From the NCBI GenBank assembly GCA_012295275.1, contig CM022665.1, forward strand, positions 25,234,001 to 25,298,000: a stretch of DNA of 64,000 nt. Direction: 5' to 3'. Both the position numbers and the translations under genes were made by a program. Positions within the stretch are counted from its first letter, which is position 1; the number at the start of each line of letters is the position of its first letter. Shown piece after piece: positions 39,304-54,832 of the stretch. The notes under the pieces were generated by a model that was given only the letters and a program-made list of their open reading frames with translations, did not search any database and was not told the DNA's origin. Origin of the DNA: Chrysomallon squamiferum (Eukaryota; Animalia; Mollusca).

Positions 39304-42300
39304 TAAACAATAATTTAAATAAATAAATTAAAATTATATTAAATGCATAACGAAATAAATAATAAATAATTAAATAAATATTATTCAGTAAATAAATAAA
39401 TATCGTACACTCTCAGATTTCTTGACCTCTATGTTGTGCAGATCTGGAATTAAATGTTTTGCTATCTTCGCCGATCTGAGTTTTAACGATTTTTCGCTTA
39501 TAACACATAAATCTAATTTTTACAAAACACCATTTACACACCATCTCCAAAACCAGAAAATATCAGAAAACTTAAAAGTCAAAGACAAATATTATCGTAA
39601 TCAGAAATAACATAAAATGTATCACAGACAAATATTATCATGACGAGAAAATCGAAGCAGAAGATACTTCTTAAGTATTTGCAACAAGTGAGTTTAAGAT
39701 GTAACATCGAATCAAACTGGAATAGTGTAAATATTAATGCTTAGTTAATGGACAGTTTCTGTTTTTCTTCCTTTCATATAAAAAAAAAAAATGTATTCAG
39801 TATAGTTAGAAATATTTCAATACTTTTTTTTTTTTTTTTTTTTTTTTTTATCGTTAAAATAAAGATTAAACTTTTCAGTTACATAAGCACACCAGCATTA
39901 CATTGTACAAGTTCATGGGCGGTACGCGATTAAGTTCTTCAAACACTTAAAATATTTTTACTTTCAGTCGGGAGATTTCGTCGACGACTGTATACTGTTG
40001 GTTTAATAAAGACATATTGCGACACACATACGTAATAACAATGAGTTAAACTGGTGTATCATAAACTTTTTAAAGACATCATTCACATTAATTTATGAAC
40101 TACGGTCCTATATCACTGCTGGAAATGAGGGATTACTTTGTTATCGCGTATGTACATTAAATGATCTCTGTGGTGTTATGGTTGTGTCGATGACACTTTA
40201 ATATTGACAGGGGGCATATTCTTTTACCGTAATGGCACGAACTGGATGAAGATTTCGTGCCATTACTTATCACAAATCGACCCGTAATGTTAGCAAAACC
40301 CGTGGAATCATTCATCTTTAATAATGCTTTATCTTTTTTATGTGTGAGGATCCATTGGAAAGCATCAGTGTAGCGGGACTGTCAATATTTTAAAATTGAA
40401 TTACACAAACACGAAATTGTGGATTATTTTGTTTTTGAATCGGACATCACACTGAGAAATGTTTAAAAATGTGTATCGATGAATTATCTTCAAGCAAACA
40501 ATAAAGAGGTAATTTCAGATGAAATGCCAGAAAAGAGTAAAATGCAATGAAAATAATAAAAGAAATTAATACTTAATGAATATTACTACTACTGGGAGAT
40601 TAATTGTTATTTTATTCTATTGTTATTCGTTGTTATTGTTATTACTCATGATTCATCGTTCATTGCGTATTTCCTATTTTGTTTTTAAAACTTAATACAA
40701 ATTACATTTTCGTGTTCATCCCTGAAGAGAGGATATTTTAATGATTTTTGCCACACTTGTCATTTCGCAGAAATTGAGTCTAAATATTTAGATCAATGAT
40801 AAATTCATTCACAACGTTTTTAATAATATAGCAGGACAAATAGAACAATCTGCAACCTTTTCGAAACATCAAACGATTATAATGTATCCTTTTTATTTCA
40901 ATCACCGTATAAAGGCTTAAATATACTAAATGAAGGAATATTCTTTTAACGATATTATATCATATATATGAGTGTATATGTGTGTCTGTGTGTGTGTGTA
41001 ACAGTCTTAGAGAGCTAGCTGTAACGAGAAATAATCTACTGTCTACAGGAAAGAACTGATAGATAATAGGAATCTAAGTCTGCATAAGAATTATATAAGA
41101 CAGATCAAACAATATTTGATCATTCAAAAAGCTTCCTTATTTTAACCAAGACTAGCGTCCTAAAAGTCAAAAATCTTTCATTACCGACATACAACAAAAC
41201 ACAATTTGCTGGTTATATAACCAACGGCGTTTGACAAAAGATGAAACGTCCGGTCTGATAACAAATAACGAAAACAAACTTTGTCTTTTTTCACAAGATG
41301 AAAGCAAAATAAATTTTTTCTACAAATTATTCACCTCCTTGTTGTTGGGTTTTTTTTTTTCTTTTTGTTTTTTTTTTTTTTAATTTTCATAAAAGAATGT
41401 TCTGCTGCAGAAAATGTTATAATAAGTGTTACAATAATAATAATAGTGAAAAAAAAGAGAGGCTTTTTTCTGATATTTGAATGATGGTTCTTTTCACTTT
41501 GAGTAATGTGAATAACTATCTCAACGTTTATAGTCTTTCTAAGCCAATGCACATCTGTTTGATCACAAACATTAACTTTTTTCCTCTTCACTGGAGGAAG
41601 AAATGCTATTCTTTCTGAGGCTAAGAATCGCGATGTGTAAACTGACACTGACAGCTATATAATTTGCTCGTCTGGGAAGGAATTAGTTTGGAAACATGCT
41701 GACAAATCGCAACTTCAAAGAACAACAAATTGGCTTAATCCTTGCACATACAGTACTGGAGTTCATTGATTCGCTTGTCGAGAACAAATAAATACACAAA
41801 AAAGAGGATCGCAATTAATCCAGAGTCGTAATTTAGGATTTGGAGAGCGAAAAAAAAATAAGACAACTATTTTGTTTGAGAGTAAAGAGCTTTGTATAAG
41901 CGACACAGTAAAAAAAAAAATCACTTAGCACAGTTCAGTTTGGTCAACACGACAAAAATAAAGTCATAAAGTCATTTCATTATGAATAAAGATGCATTAA
42001 GACAAGAAAATCATTCTTAAATACAGAGATAGTAATAAAGATGTCTTTTAAACAAATATTTCGTAAAAAGTAACTGGAATTTCTGACATACAAAAATATT
42101 TTTAGTTATGATTAACTCGGGTCCTAGAGTTTGCTGATTTTCTTTCTTTTTTTTTTTTTTCTTTTTTTTGTCGGCGTTGATGTTTTTGTTGCTGTCTTGT
42201 TCGGGTGGGGTGTTTGTTATTTCTGTTGTTGTTTTCTTTTTGCTGCTATTGATATTACTGTTGGTGGTTTTCTAAAATATTAAAAAAATTATTACTATTA

Positions 42301-45300
42301 TTATTAATATTTGTTCATTCCAGCGTTTTATTACATCAGTTAGTTAAGACTGCTGTTGTAATGTTGTGTTGATGGATATCTGTGAGTTTGTTAATAACGT
42401 TGTCTTGATACTGTTGTTAATCATCAGACAACAAGGTAAAATACAGATATTAAAATATAACAAACTTATTTTAATGGCATATTGAAGGGTTTCTTTCTTG
42501 TTGTCTCTTGTAACCAGTAATACATAATTACAACTTTGGAAATATTACGTAATATAAACTATTTAACGTTTTTTAACGGAATCTTCATTCGTTCAAAATC
42601 ATATTTTTACAATATGTTTATGTTTTGATTAACCTCAACGAAACATTAAGTAACTTCAAACAAAAACTTCAACATAAAAACTTATATATTTAATACTCGT
42701 CATTCTAAATAACAACCGACAACAAAGATCGAGCGAAAATCGATGAGTAACATATTTTTCTTTGAAGATGTTCGTGGTGTTGGTCGTTTTGGGCTAAAAT
42801 GATGCTTTATTTATTATATTAAAGCAATAACTCAAAAAAAAAAAAAAAAAAGAAGAAGATCGTAAAAAAAAATAATAATAATAATAAAAAAAATCTTATA
42901 ATCGTAATATACACAACAAGCTTTTAATTTACCTTTATTGTCGTTGTCAACACTGGCAGAAGACGAAAAAAGCGAGACAAAGAAAAATAATAGTCTTTGC
43001 GTTTCTGTCCGTGTAAACGTTGTTTTTTCATCAGAATAATAATTATAGCTGGTAATTTCTACATCCAGATCTGCAGCGCTAACTTTCTTTAATTTGTTGT
43101 AACGGACTACAAAATCAATAACGACCATCACATAATAGACTTGTGACACGAAATAATATTCTGGGTGTCTGAAAAACCTGTTGTGAAACATGTAAATGTT
43201 ACCACATCGAATAACGGTAATGGTTTAATGACATTCAGTATAGAGTGTAAAGTGAGAAAGCTTATAAGGACTTACATGAAAACAGTTAAGAAACATTGTT
43301 ACGTTGTTACTTATTTAATTTTTATTTCAGTGCATTTTTCTTGCTGATAATGGCTAATGAAACTGTTCTGTAGAAAAAAAGAACACACAATGAATGTGTT
43401 AAAAGCGAACAGAAAAAACCCACAAAAAAAGCCATGTTAAAGATTCTGCGATGAACTGATTATATGTAGAATGACAAATATACGAAAAAAGTTCTTGAAA
43501 AGAAAGAAAACAATTAAGGACAAAGACATTTTAAAATTCAGAAGTACAACAGGAGAGAGAGAAAAAGTGGGAGAGAGCAACAGAAATGTCAGCAGCTGCT
43601 GTCATTTTGATAGTCCAACAAGCAAAACAATGATGGTCTAAAAAAACAAAATCAAAAACAATAATAAAAGGAAAATACTGAGAGCGGGTCGACATTTAAC
43701 TGTCTACAGCAGTAACAAAACAGTAATATTTTAACAAACAAATATTCGATTTAGCGTACGATGTCACATCAAAGCTTCTTGATCAAAACATCCACAGAAG
43801 ATGGACCGTGCCAGACCCAGGCTCTCAGCTTTTGTATTTCAATTGTGCGTCAATATGTTGTTATTTAGCTGTGCCGTCATTTCATTTGACTCGAGCACAA
43901 AGTCTGAATAAAACGTAATTTGTGAATTCTTTTCGCAGTCTTCTCAGACGGCCCGAAGCAGATGGATATGATTCATTGTAATCAATTTACGAGCATCCCC
44001 AACGGAAATTCTGGACAATGCTTTCAGTTTTCTACTGCTGGCCTATTGCTAAATATCATAAAAATACAGCAGACACATTTCCTTGCTGAAACCTGATCAA
44101 TCGCTAAGCAAAAAGACAGTCTGTCAAGTTCTGAAGAACACTAAATAATTCATCAAAGATGTAAGGTTAAAAGATCTTTAGGAATGTAGAATTTGTTTAA
44201 TCTCAGTTTAATTATTTTATGTTTGTATTTTTATTGTTGTTAATGTTTTGTTGATGGTTGGTTCGGAGTTTTAAAACAGTCGTTGACGTTACCATCAACG
44301 TCATCTTTACGACTCGGGTCGTGATTAGAAAAATATAACATAAAACGTACAAATAAAATACCAATTAGGTCAATGTGCAAAAGATTTTTTTAATGTATCT
44401 ACATTTCGTTTTAATTAGTATTCTTTTCTCCTTTTATGCCTGTCATTTCTGAAAGTAATATATCAGTCAGTCGGCCTACCATTTCAAAACGTGTTTGCAT
44501 TTACTGAAAATTCAAATACTTCCGTCGATGATATACAGAGCAGAAGTCTATGTTCTCTGCCCAAAAGAGTCAAAGTATAATATGTAAGATTGGATCATCT
44601 GTAGTTAAATACGTCCGTGACATAGTAAAAAGTTCAAATTTAGATGACTTTCTTTTCAAGCAGTGACATGGAAATAATTATAAATCAAAATTTAAAAGAT
44701 TTATCTTGGCATAAAAAGAAAACTACATAGAAATAGATTCTGTATCGGTAAAAAGATATAATTATTAAATAATTAACGGTTTTCTAACCAGTAAACGTCA
44801 AAGTCAGTAAATTAATTCGGTAATTATATATAATTATATCTACGCTGTATGTCTTACTGGAAGTTTGGTTCATATAGATCATTTAATACTGTTTTCACAG
44901 TAAAATAGCAAAAACGTTATACAGTGTTATCTAGACATTCACTGATCGAGTGTTCAGATATGTAATAAGGTGAACCGACATCTTTTTGTTTCGGATCTGA
45001 CAATAAAATCTGTATTTGTGGTTTACAAATACTAATTATTCGTTTCTGCTTAGGATATCTATTCTCGATGGGATAATTTCCCACGAAAAAGATATAATTT
45101 TATATAAAAAACAGTGAGTTTCCTATTTACATTAAAGATGTATGGAATAAACTTGATTCTTCTTGCTGCACAAAATGCAGTAAGGAGTATTAATGTCGTA
45201 CCATGAGACAACGAACACGAATCTATGCTTGACAAAATAGTTTTTTTTGTGTAACTGAATGCCAGTTTAGAATACATAAATAAACAAACAAATAGAGGCC

Positions 45301-46531
45301 AGTGTAAAAAAACAATTTTACATATTAACTTCTCGAAAACTAATGAACAATGAAAGACATAAGTAACTTTCAGAGATACAATTCGTTACAATGATATATC
45401 AGTTGTTTCTTTTTACTTTTCTTTCAAATGTTGTTGTGTTTTTTAATAAGAAGAACTTTTTCTTTCTTCTGGGACTGTTATCTTATAAATTAAATCTTTA
45501 CGATAACGACACAACGATGAGAGATACAAATGCAATAAAAAGATAACTACAGTGTATGATCAAGGCATAATTCGTTGCGAATACCGTTTTTTTCATTTTA
45601 TAATTTGGATAATACGGTCGGTTCCCTTATTCTGCAACTATAATGATTACCTTTTAACACCAAATAAAATTACATAACTAAACGTTTTATTTTTATTTAT
45701 TTTTTTTGACTCTCATTTCATGATGGTAATGGCTAAAACGATGCAACACAAACCAAATACCTATAGCTATAGCTCATACGCGATTATGGACAAAAAGTTG
45801 AATATTTTATCAGCTCTGGGCTTCGACTCTTAGTCATTTTCACAGTATAAAATATCTGTTCTCTCGGTAAAGCGTTTATTTACAATTTCTGGGAACATTG
45901 ATTATTTTCTTTAGCATTATTCCACAATCTGCACGCTGTAATTAGATTTAAAAGTCCGATAAAATGTGGACGAATAAAAAGTACAATGATCTGAAGTCTC
46001 CGTAGACTAGAATTTAGTTTAATAATAATGCGCATTTATAGTTTCCATTTATTTCCGCTTGCGTTAAGCTTATTAATATCGATTGTGGTACACACTGATA
46101 TACTGAAATATTGAAAGCTATGACACATTTTAGTATAATATTTCATTTAACAACATCGCTTAAATCGCAATATCTCGGTCATGTATATAAATGTTGATGT
46201 CCTTATAACTTTTCTCCTTTTTTGTATATACATAATTTTAAAATATTTCATTTACATTTATGTTTTTCGTAGTTTTGTTTTTAATATTGTTTAGATGGAT
46301 AAATAAATAATTCGATGGTTCATTTGTTCTTTGTTGGGATTTTTTTTTGGGGGGGGGAGGCTATTTTGTTTTAATTGTTATTTGCTACTAAATCTGATTT
46401 ATGGAACTGTTTTATCTCTTTTAACAAACGAATAACGAATGAGTACTGTAAGTTGTAGTAACTGTATCAGTGATGGATATCTTTGTTATTTTCATAATTT
46501 TATTTCATTCTCGAAATTAAAAAAACCATAA

Positions 46532-46568
<37 letters not shown>

Positions 46569-47181
46569 CCCGCCTACACCAAGCACTTGAAAAAACAGTA
46601 ACATTTTAATAAAACCTGTTATCTTTGTCACAGCTATTTAACGAAACGTTCTCTTGCACTCAGCTCTGCTGATGTAGACCATACTTTCCTGTTAAACATC
46701 AATCTTTACTATAACAGATAATACTTTACTGTACTTCTCAGCTGGCTGATCACTGTAAGTGGTTTCCACAACAATATAAAACAAAGACTGCCTCCCTGAA
46801 TAAAAAAAATTAACATGAAGATGCTTTTGGTTCAAGTCAGTACACGACCGTATCTTCGAAAATCACTTCGCTGCGTAACAACAGATAATCTTATCTATAT
46901 GTCGTACAGTGTTTGTTTTGCATTAAAGATAATCCCTTTCTAATAAAGGATGCAAGTACCGTTATATTATTCATGACGCAAGCACGAAGGCATAATCAGA
47001 CCATCACGCATCACAACATTATCAAACACGTACTGCAGAGTTACCAAGAACACGAGATTTCAAAAACACGCTTACTACGTCATCAACAGCGAGATTAGCA
47101 CCTTATGTCATTAAAAGTTAAAGGGAGGGTTCTTTCTTCTTTTGTTTTTGCTATTTACTTTCATCTTTTTTTTTTTTTTTT

Positions 47182-47214
<33 letters not shown>

Positions 47215-48798
47215 AATCATTCTAGTTTGCGTTTGTATTTGTTTTAGACAATGACAAAACGGTTATTTTATTTTGAAAAAACATTGTAAAACTATTCAAA
47301 TATTCGAATTTTTACTTCTTTCTGGTAAAAAAAAGAGATGAAATTCTCGTTTATTTACATCTTCAAAAAACTAGTGAAATTCATGAATCATCTGTACAGA
47401 TCCCAAACTTATGCACATCGATATTTTGCAAAAAAAAAACTTCACGCATATTTTTTTCCTAAAGTTGCTTACCAAAATTAAGAAAACAATTTACATACAA
47501 GTTTTATTTAAAAAAAAAAAAAAAAAAAAACACTTAATCATCTTTTCTTTAATTATTATTATTATTGATGGTAATTTAATTATGTAGATCAGACATGGAG
47601 TGATGGTATGTCATATTACAGTGTCTAGACATAGATTTGCATAGGTGCAAAACTGTGTATGTATTTACTACTGGTTAGACGCAAGACGTTTTATATGTGT
47701 GTATAATGTTTTCCAAAGCCGGACATTAAATAGAAGTACAATAACAAGACTGTTTATAATGTCAAGATATGGCTCGTGTTAGTTTTCAGATTTGTCTGAA
47801 TGTCCTTGTGAAAGCACTGAAAACCATTCCATCGTGACATTAAATCCACATAACTACTCTCAGAACGACAATCGCCAAATATTTTCTGTTTCTAATTATG
47901 ATAACAAAGTCTTTGTTTTAATGAAATGGAAGTCGCGTTCTCCGGGGAATGTTTCACAAAACTACGTATCTATGAATTTTTATTTTACCTTCTTCAAAAT
48001 TTACTTTGATATGATCAGGAAGATGTGAAGGATCAAAACCATTTCTCTTATTAATTTACTTATATACATTTCTTTTCTCTCACTTTTCATTTTGTTCTTT
48101 CGATTGAAATTTTTTATAGCCGTAAATGAAATGTTCATTTTCAGTTTGCTTTAGAGCAATACATTATATTTTAAAAATTATGCTTGGGCCCACAACCACT
48201 TCGAATAAATAAAAGACATGCACCGAAAGAAAGACATTCGTTAAGATGTATTCATATACAGACGTACGTTGACAGATACACAGACAGACTGGCAGACAGA
48301 CAGCTGAATGGATCGATAAATATTTCTATTTGACTTTACGTATGTAGGAAGATCTGAGTAGAGAAACAATTTTTTTTTAACAACAACAACAACAACAATA
48401 ATTTGCCAAAGTATATAACGATTGAAATGAATCCAGCAGTCAGGTAGATATCGCATTTATATAATTTGCTGAGATAAATAATTACTGATGTTATCTATTT
48501 CCTAATGCACCGCATTACAAGCTCCAATAAATATCACGCCTCATTGGTCGTGAGTGGACGCAAATACCGTAACATTATTATTATCTCCAGTGACTAACCG
48601 CGACATTTTGCTGAATAGATTTCCCTTGATTTTCCCCTCATAAATATTGCAAGTTTATATACTTTTGTGTTATTATTCAAATCAGCTTGAAATAAACCAA
48701 ATTATGAATATTTGACGTCTTTCTTCAAGAGGTCATCCCTCAGTTTGATGTCCAAGTGAATGGGATCTGATAAAACACGATACTCAGTTTAATGACGA

Positions 48799-48865
48799 GT
48801 GTTGTTGCTGTTGTTGTTGTTGTTGTCATTATTATTATTATTACTACTACTACTATTATTATTAC

Positions 48866-48902
<37 letters not shown>

Positions 48903-48932
48903 CCATAATCATTATTATTATCATCGTCATCG

Positions 48933-48963
<31 letters not shown>

Positions 48964-48977
48964 TATTATTATTATTA

Positions 48978-49014
<37 letters not shown>

Positions 49015-49184
49015 TTACAGAATCGCTATGGTGCGGATAATAAACATATAATATTTGCTAAATATTTATCTTTTTTTAAAACGATTATTACCTTCAAAAT
49101 TATCATCATTATATAGAATCGCTTTCTTATTTGGTCAAATTATTATCATCATCATCATTATATTTCTTTTTCTTCTTCTCCTTC

Positions 49185-49236
<52 letters not shown>

Positions 49237-49260
49237 CATTATTATTATTATTATTATATT
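48799..49260. repeat. Compound trinucleotide microsatellite cluster (GTT/ATT/CAT)
   Basis: Read directly; produces the poly-L/H/I ORFs. Confidence 0.9.
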
Positions 49261-49542
49261 TCCTATTTCGTATTAATCGGACTTCTAGAAGTGTTAAATA
49301 ATGTTAGGAGAAGACAGTATATTTCATTATTACGTTTATTAACATCGACGTTTTCCATAATGAAAAACATTTCAGTATAACACCGCTTATTTCTGTAACA
49401 AGAAGGAAATTAGAGAAGTTGCGTTGTCATCTGAAGTAGCGTTCATATATCCTACACTTAGTCACAAGCAAAGACAAAAATATCCAAGGAAGTGGTCCCA
49501 GCTGTATATTCCATAAATGGTTAAAATGTACTAATTTTAGAT

Positions 49543-49577
<35 letters not shown>

Positions 49578-49927
49578 AAGAAGAAGAATAAAAGACAGTG
49601 TACAGTGTTTTGGTAATTTTATCTACAGACACGAGAAAAAGAAATTTAGGAAACAAAAAAAGAGATAATTAAATCTGGTTCGAGTACCTTATTTTTGATA
49701 TATTTTTGTCTGTTAGTGTCTGCACTCTAAATTTAAATACAGAGGTAAATAACAGGCAAAGGAGAGTACTTGAAAATAAGATCAGACAGTTAGCTTGTTT
49801 ATAACAACTTTCTCTTGCATTATTTCTTCATTCAGATTTCAGGACGTAGTAATAGTAATGGTGATAATTATGTAATATGAGCGCCATAAACAACAAGATA
49901 ACGATTATCAACTACAACAACAATAAC

Positions 49928-49973
<46 letters not shown>

Positions 49974-50870
49974 TTGATAATAATAATAATCATATAATTG
50001 GAATAGTAATAATAACAATCATAATCATCATTCCCATTATCTTAACAAGCGTCATAACGATCAAAATAGAACTTCATTAAAAAAACAAATTAAAATGTGA
50101 TTTTTTAAAAAAGACTTTTATTTAATTTATTTATATTTATATTTTTATTATTATTAATTTTTTTATTATTTTTTTTATTATTATTTTTTTTATTATTATA
50201 TTTTTTTTTTTCGCTTATAAGAGATTTCACTGTTCTGGAACGTAATAAGGTTTCTGTATCCTCAGCTCACCAATCCTCCTGCACTTAGCAATCAGTACAG
50301 TGAATACCAAAACAGTTGTTTGACATTTTACACGTTGATTACTAATTGATAAAGCCACGACTTCGTGTATTCATTAATGAAATCTTCTGACATGCGGGAT
50401 TTTAATTTTGGTCATTTATAGTTATCTCCTGACAGCAGTATCTAAATATTTAAACACACGAAGATAAATTCAAATGTAATAAAGAAAAGAAAAAGTAACA
50501 TACAATATATAATCTTAGAAAAAAAGTTCAGGTTATTTATTTATGTTTCGACACTTTGTCTTGTCTCGAGGGAAATAGTTAAAACGAAAACAGAATTGTG
50601 TATCAGATACGTATCTTTTAATGAACACGCATACGTGAACGCGTCTATCATTAACACGTTTACCGATAAGTTGTAGTAAACGCAAACGTGTGTCTAAAAA
50701 ATAATAATAATTTAAAAAAAGAAGAAGAAGGATTTTGGAAACATAACATTTCTTTTGTTTGCTTATCGACATAACAGCACAATGATATGAACCGAAATTT
50801 GACGTTAACCTATACTCAGACACAGAACAACAAAAACATGTACACATATATACACAGTACCATAATTAAG

Positions 50871-50903
50871 ACGTGTCAAGTATGGCACGTGCCCTCGTCT
50901 AGT
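50871..50903 (+). mobile_element. Helitron-like 3' terminus (hairpin + CTAG|T)
   Basis: acgtgtc-aagtat-ggcacgt hairpin (7-bp stem, one G:T), 8 nt spacer, then CTAG (50899-50902) followed by T. This is the canonical Helitron 3' arrangement. The 5' end was not identified. Confidence 0.45.
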
Positions 50904-53900
50904 TAATGGTAAATGTCAAGATCTGTTATTTGAAACTGCTTGTCTACTCCAGGATTCGAAAACATTACGTTGTATTATGTGACCGGAACAGAGAGAAATA
51001 CAAGTTTAGAAAACACCACGTTGTATTACGTGACTGTAACAGAGCCATTGTATTACGTGACAAGAACACCATTGGGGGACCTACATTTTAAAAGCCATGA
51101 AGCTTGAATTGTCATGGGGTGGGCCCTTCGCAATCTGCATCGAGGTCTGGATAATCACTGTTATCTCCTTTAATGGGATTTTCCAGGACACCCAGCTTTA
51201 TGTAGTACAGCAGCTATTCACCCTTAAACTTCCCTATTCTATCAAGTAACAGTCCGGCCACTACAGTAAATCTAGCATTTTTAAAACAGTGTTGATTGAA
51301 GTCCTTTCTGAGGCCTCTCAAATAAACTTTGTATTTTCTGAAGCTTTATACTAATTATTAGAAAGTTCATGAGTACAGATGGATATATAAAATTACTGTA
51401 AGTAGTTTGGCTTACTGTGTTTGACATGATGTATGCACACAGTCAAACACCAAATAAAATTCTGCGTAGAAGGTTTTTTCACAAGCTAGGTTTTTATTCA
51501 TTATAACAGCATCATGTATTTTATTTTATTATACTGTCGATTTTATTTTACATTTATTTTTGTTTATTTTATTTATTATTATCTTTTTAATTTTTAATCT
51601 TATTTTATTTTATGTTGCTATAGTTTTATTTTTCCTTTATTCGATCTGATTTGATTTGATTAAATCTATAACTGTTAGGTTTGTTTCGTTTCAGTTTTTA
51701 TTAAACATGTTTTATTTTATTTCATTTTATTTGATCATAAATGTTTGTTTGATATTACTTCATTTTATTTTATTTTATTAAATTTATATAGTTCTATTTT
51801 ATTACATTTCTTACAGTTTTTTAAAGATTTTTATGATGTTTATTTTGGAGGTCGTCTTTGACAATTACTCTCAAGAGAGTTTTATCTAATACAAAACGTT
51901 TCTCTCAGTGAACTGTGTATTTTAATTCTCTTTTACTTAGTTTTCATTCCTTATAACTTTTATAATTAGCATCATTATATTAGAAGTCGTAATGGGTGGT
52001 GATAGTAGTAGCAGTAGCAGCAGCAGCAGTAGTAGTAGTAGTAGCAGCAGCAGCAATAGTAGCAGTAGTAGCAGCTGCAGTAGTAGTAATAATAGTAGCA
52101 GTAGTAGCAACTGTCATATAAGTCCCGTAATGGTCGTTAAATTTTCTTGTTTAATGTATTTAAACACCAGTAAAACATCGTCAGAGAGAGACTTTTTACT
52201 TATATATTTGTCAAATATTATTTTTTACTCTCTCAGTTTTATTAAATTTCTGATTTTGTTTATTCTATCGGGTTTTATCTTCGGAACCAGAATTCAATTT
52301 ATAAATTAATGACTGACAGATAAAACGCTTTTCTTTTTCAAATTCGAGACTGTTCAAAGAAATATCATGGATTTCAGAAGAAATGTAATAACGCTGCCAA
52401 AGAAATGATTGATGTAGTAGATAAGACAAAGCTGTGTCGCTTAGTGCTGATCATTTTTATTTTATTTTATTTTATTTTATTTTATTTTATTTATTATTTT
52501 ATTATTTATTTTATTAGTAATATTAATTTTAATCTTTTGCATAAAACAAGCTAGACAGAACGTATTAATCAAAGTAACTGATATATTATCAGACGAAACA
52601 GTCGTAGATAGTAAAAATTAATAAAAGAAAACAAAGGAAATCTTTTCAGACAATTACAAATAAATCTGAGAAGCAGCGAGTGGTGGCATGTGACTTGTAG
52701 TCTGTAGAAAATACATAATATTGAAACATGTTAGTTCAGTCATTCGAGTATGTCAGTGTGTACGCGCGTGTGCGTGAGTGTGTGTGTGTGTGTGAGGGGT
52801 GTTTCTGTACATCTGGTGGATAAAAGATCTGACGTTTGGGTAGATAATAATATGTCTATATGATGTGTATGTGTTGGATGTATATGACATATATATGTAG
52901 GTAGGTGTATATTATGTATGATTCGGACTGGTATTTAATATGAGGTACCTATATGTGTATGTGTATATGTGTGTATTTGTGTGTGTGTGTGTGTTTTATG
53001 TTGTATATATGTATGTGTGTTGTGTTTGTTAAGGTAGTTTTGTATAAATTATGTATTTTATCTATACTATGAACTAAATCTGCGGTAATGAATAATGACG
53101 ACCCCCCACACACACACACAACACACAAATACTTCTATACACTAGCTTTATTAATCAAATCTGAAAATTAAATTTTAAAATAGATTATACCTACGAATGG
53201 ATTTCTGATACAGATTCGCGAAAAGAAGAAGATGTTTCTATATGCTATTCCATAGAGAGAGAAAATATATATCAGTATTTTTGATAAGCTCGTCATTTCA
53301 TAAATTTTACATTCTAATTAAACCTGCGTTTCAGAAAACGGCATTTTAAATAATTTGATCAATTGGCGCCATTGGATTTCGAAACTAACACTCAGTTCAC
53401 GACTTCGATACACTCGTAAAAATTTAAGAAGAGAAAACGAAATGAAATGTTTGTTTAACGTCTTTTCATCACTTTGTTTATCGACTGTTGATTTCTTTTA
53501 ATCATTTCGATTTCTTTTTTGTCATATCTCTTGCTATGGTGTCAATGTAATCAGCAATCAAACTGCTTTTAAAATGTCGATAGTAATGCACAGAATGCTT
53601 AAAATTTTTGGAGATTTTTATTTACAGAAGAATTCTTTGTCAGAGAATAGCTTTTACGGAGTCATGTTCAAATTTTGACAATTTTTCGGCTTTTTGTGAA
53701 AATATTTCATTTCACACGGCACGCTAGATCTAAAAGCTTTCCTGATAATTTTTTTTTTTATCTTTCTTTTTCTTTTCTCGGACATTATTTTCTTCTTGAG
53801 AATGAAAAGAGAATTTCGACATTTCTTTCACTCGTGTCCATCAATTTGTAACGATTATCTGAATAGAAAAAAAAAAAAAAAAACTCTACAAAAATAAGCA

Positions 53901-54798
53901 GGATTAAAACCCAAACTCTTTAGTTCATTTTAAATGGAATTACGACGTATTTGTTAATGGGAATGGTATGGCGCCTTCCGCTTGAAGATGTTTGAAGCGC
54001 GCGGGATGGTCTTTTTTTATGTTTAGATGTAGAGATGAACCATAATCTCCACCCGTCTCTTTTTATAAGTTTTTATTTGACGTGAAGAAGAGCCATCAAA
54101 AAGGTCATCTTGAGTCGCAGCGACTAAAAGCAAATCTGTATTGGCACTGTTGTCAGAGGTCTATGGTTCACATCTCTTGAAAAAAAAAAAATTTGAGAGC
54201 AATTTAACATTTTACTCCGCGATCGTCTAATGCCTATTCACACAAACGTGGAACACGAGTCCATTAAGAAATTTACTATTCAGTACTAAATGAAGCTAAC
54301 TGAATTTCGAGCAGTGACATCGATGCACCGCGAGGTTTGACGACTCATCTATGACATAAAGGTGACGTGAGCTCTTTCAGAGACTCGAAATATTGCAGGT
54401 GTGAGGCATGTGTGGTCCCAGGACGCTTGTAGGCGGAATTAAAAATAAATATTTAATTCTGATTGCATTAAACAGAGTATCAGATACGGTGCACAGTAAC
54501 AAATGAAAAGTGCACTCTGTCCTCAGTAAGTTATGACACTATTAATACATTCACAAACACCCAAAACTAACCAGTTGTTTATCCAAAAGCGGCGTTTAAT
54601 TTGCTCGCGAATTCATTTATTTAGTTGTGTACGGACACCTAGTGGTAATTTTATTACGTCATTATAGGTTATATTCATTCTTTCCCACGGCTATCCTTTG
54701 TTACTCCACCCCTAAATAATAATAATAATAATAATAATAGTAGTAGTAGTAGTAGTAGTAGTAGTAGAATAGTAGTAGTAGTAGTAGTAGTAGTAGAA

Positions 54799-54832
<34 letters not shown>

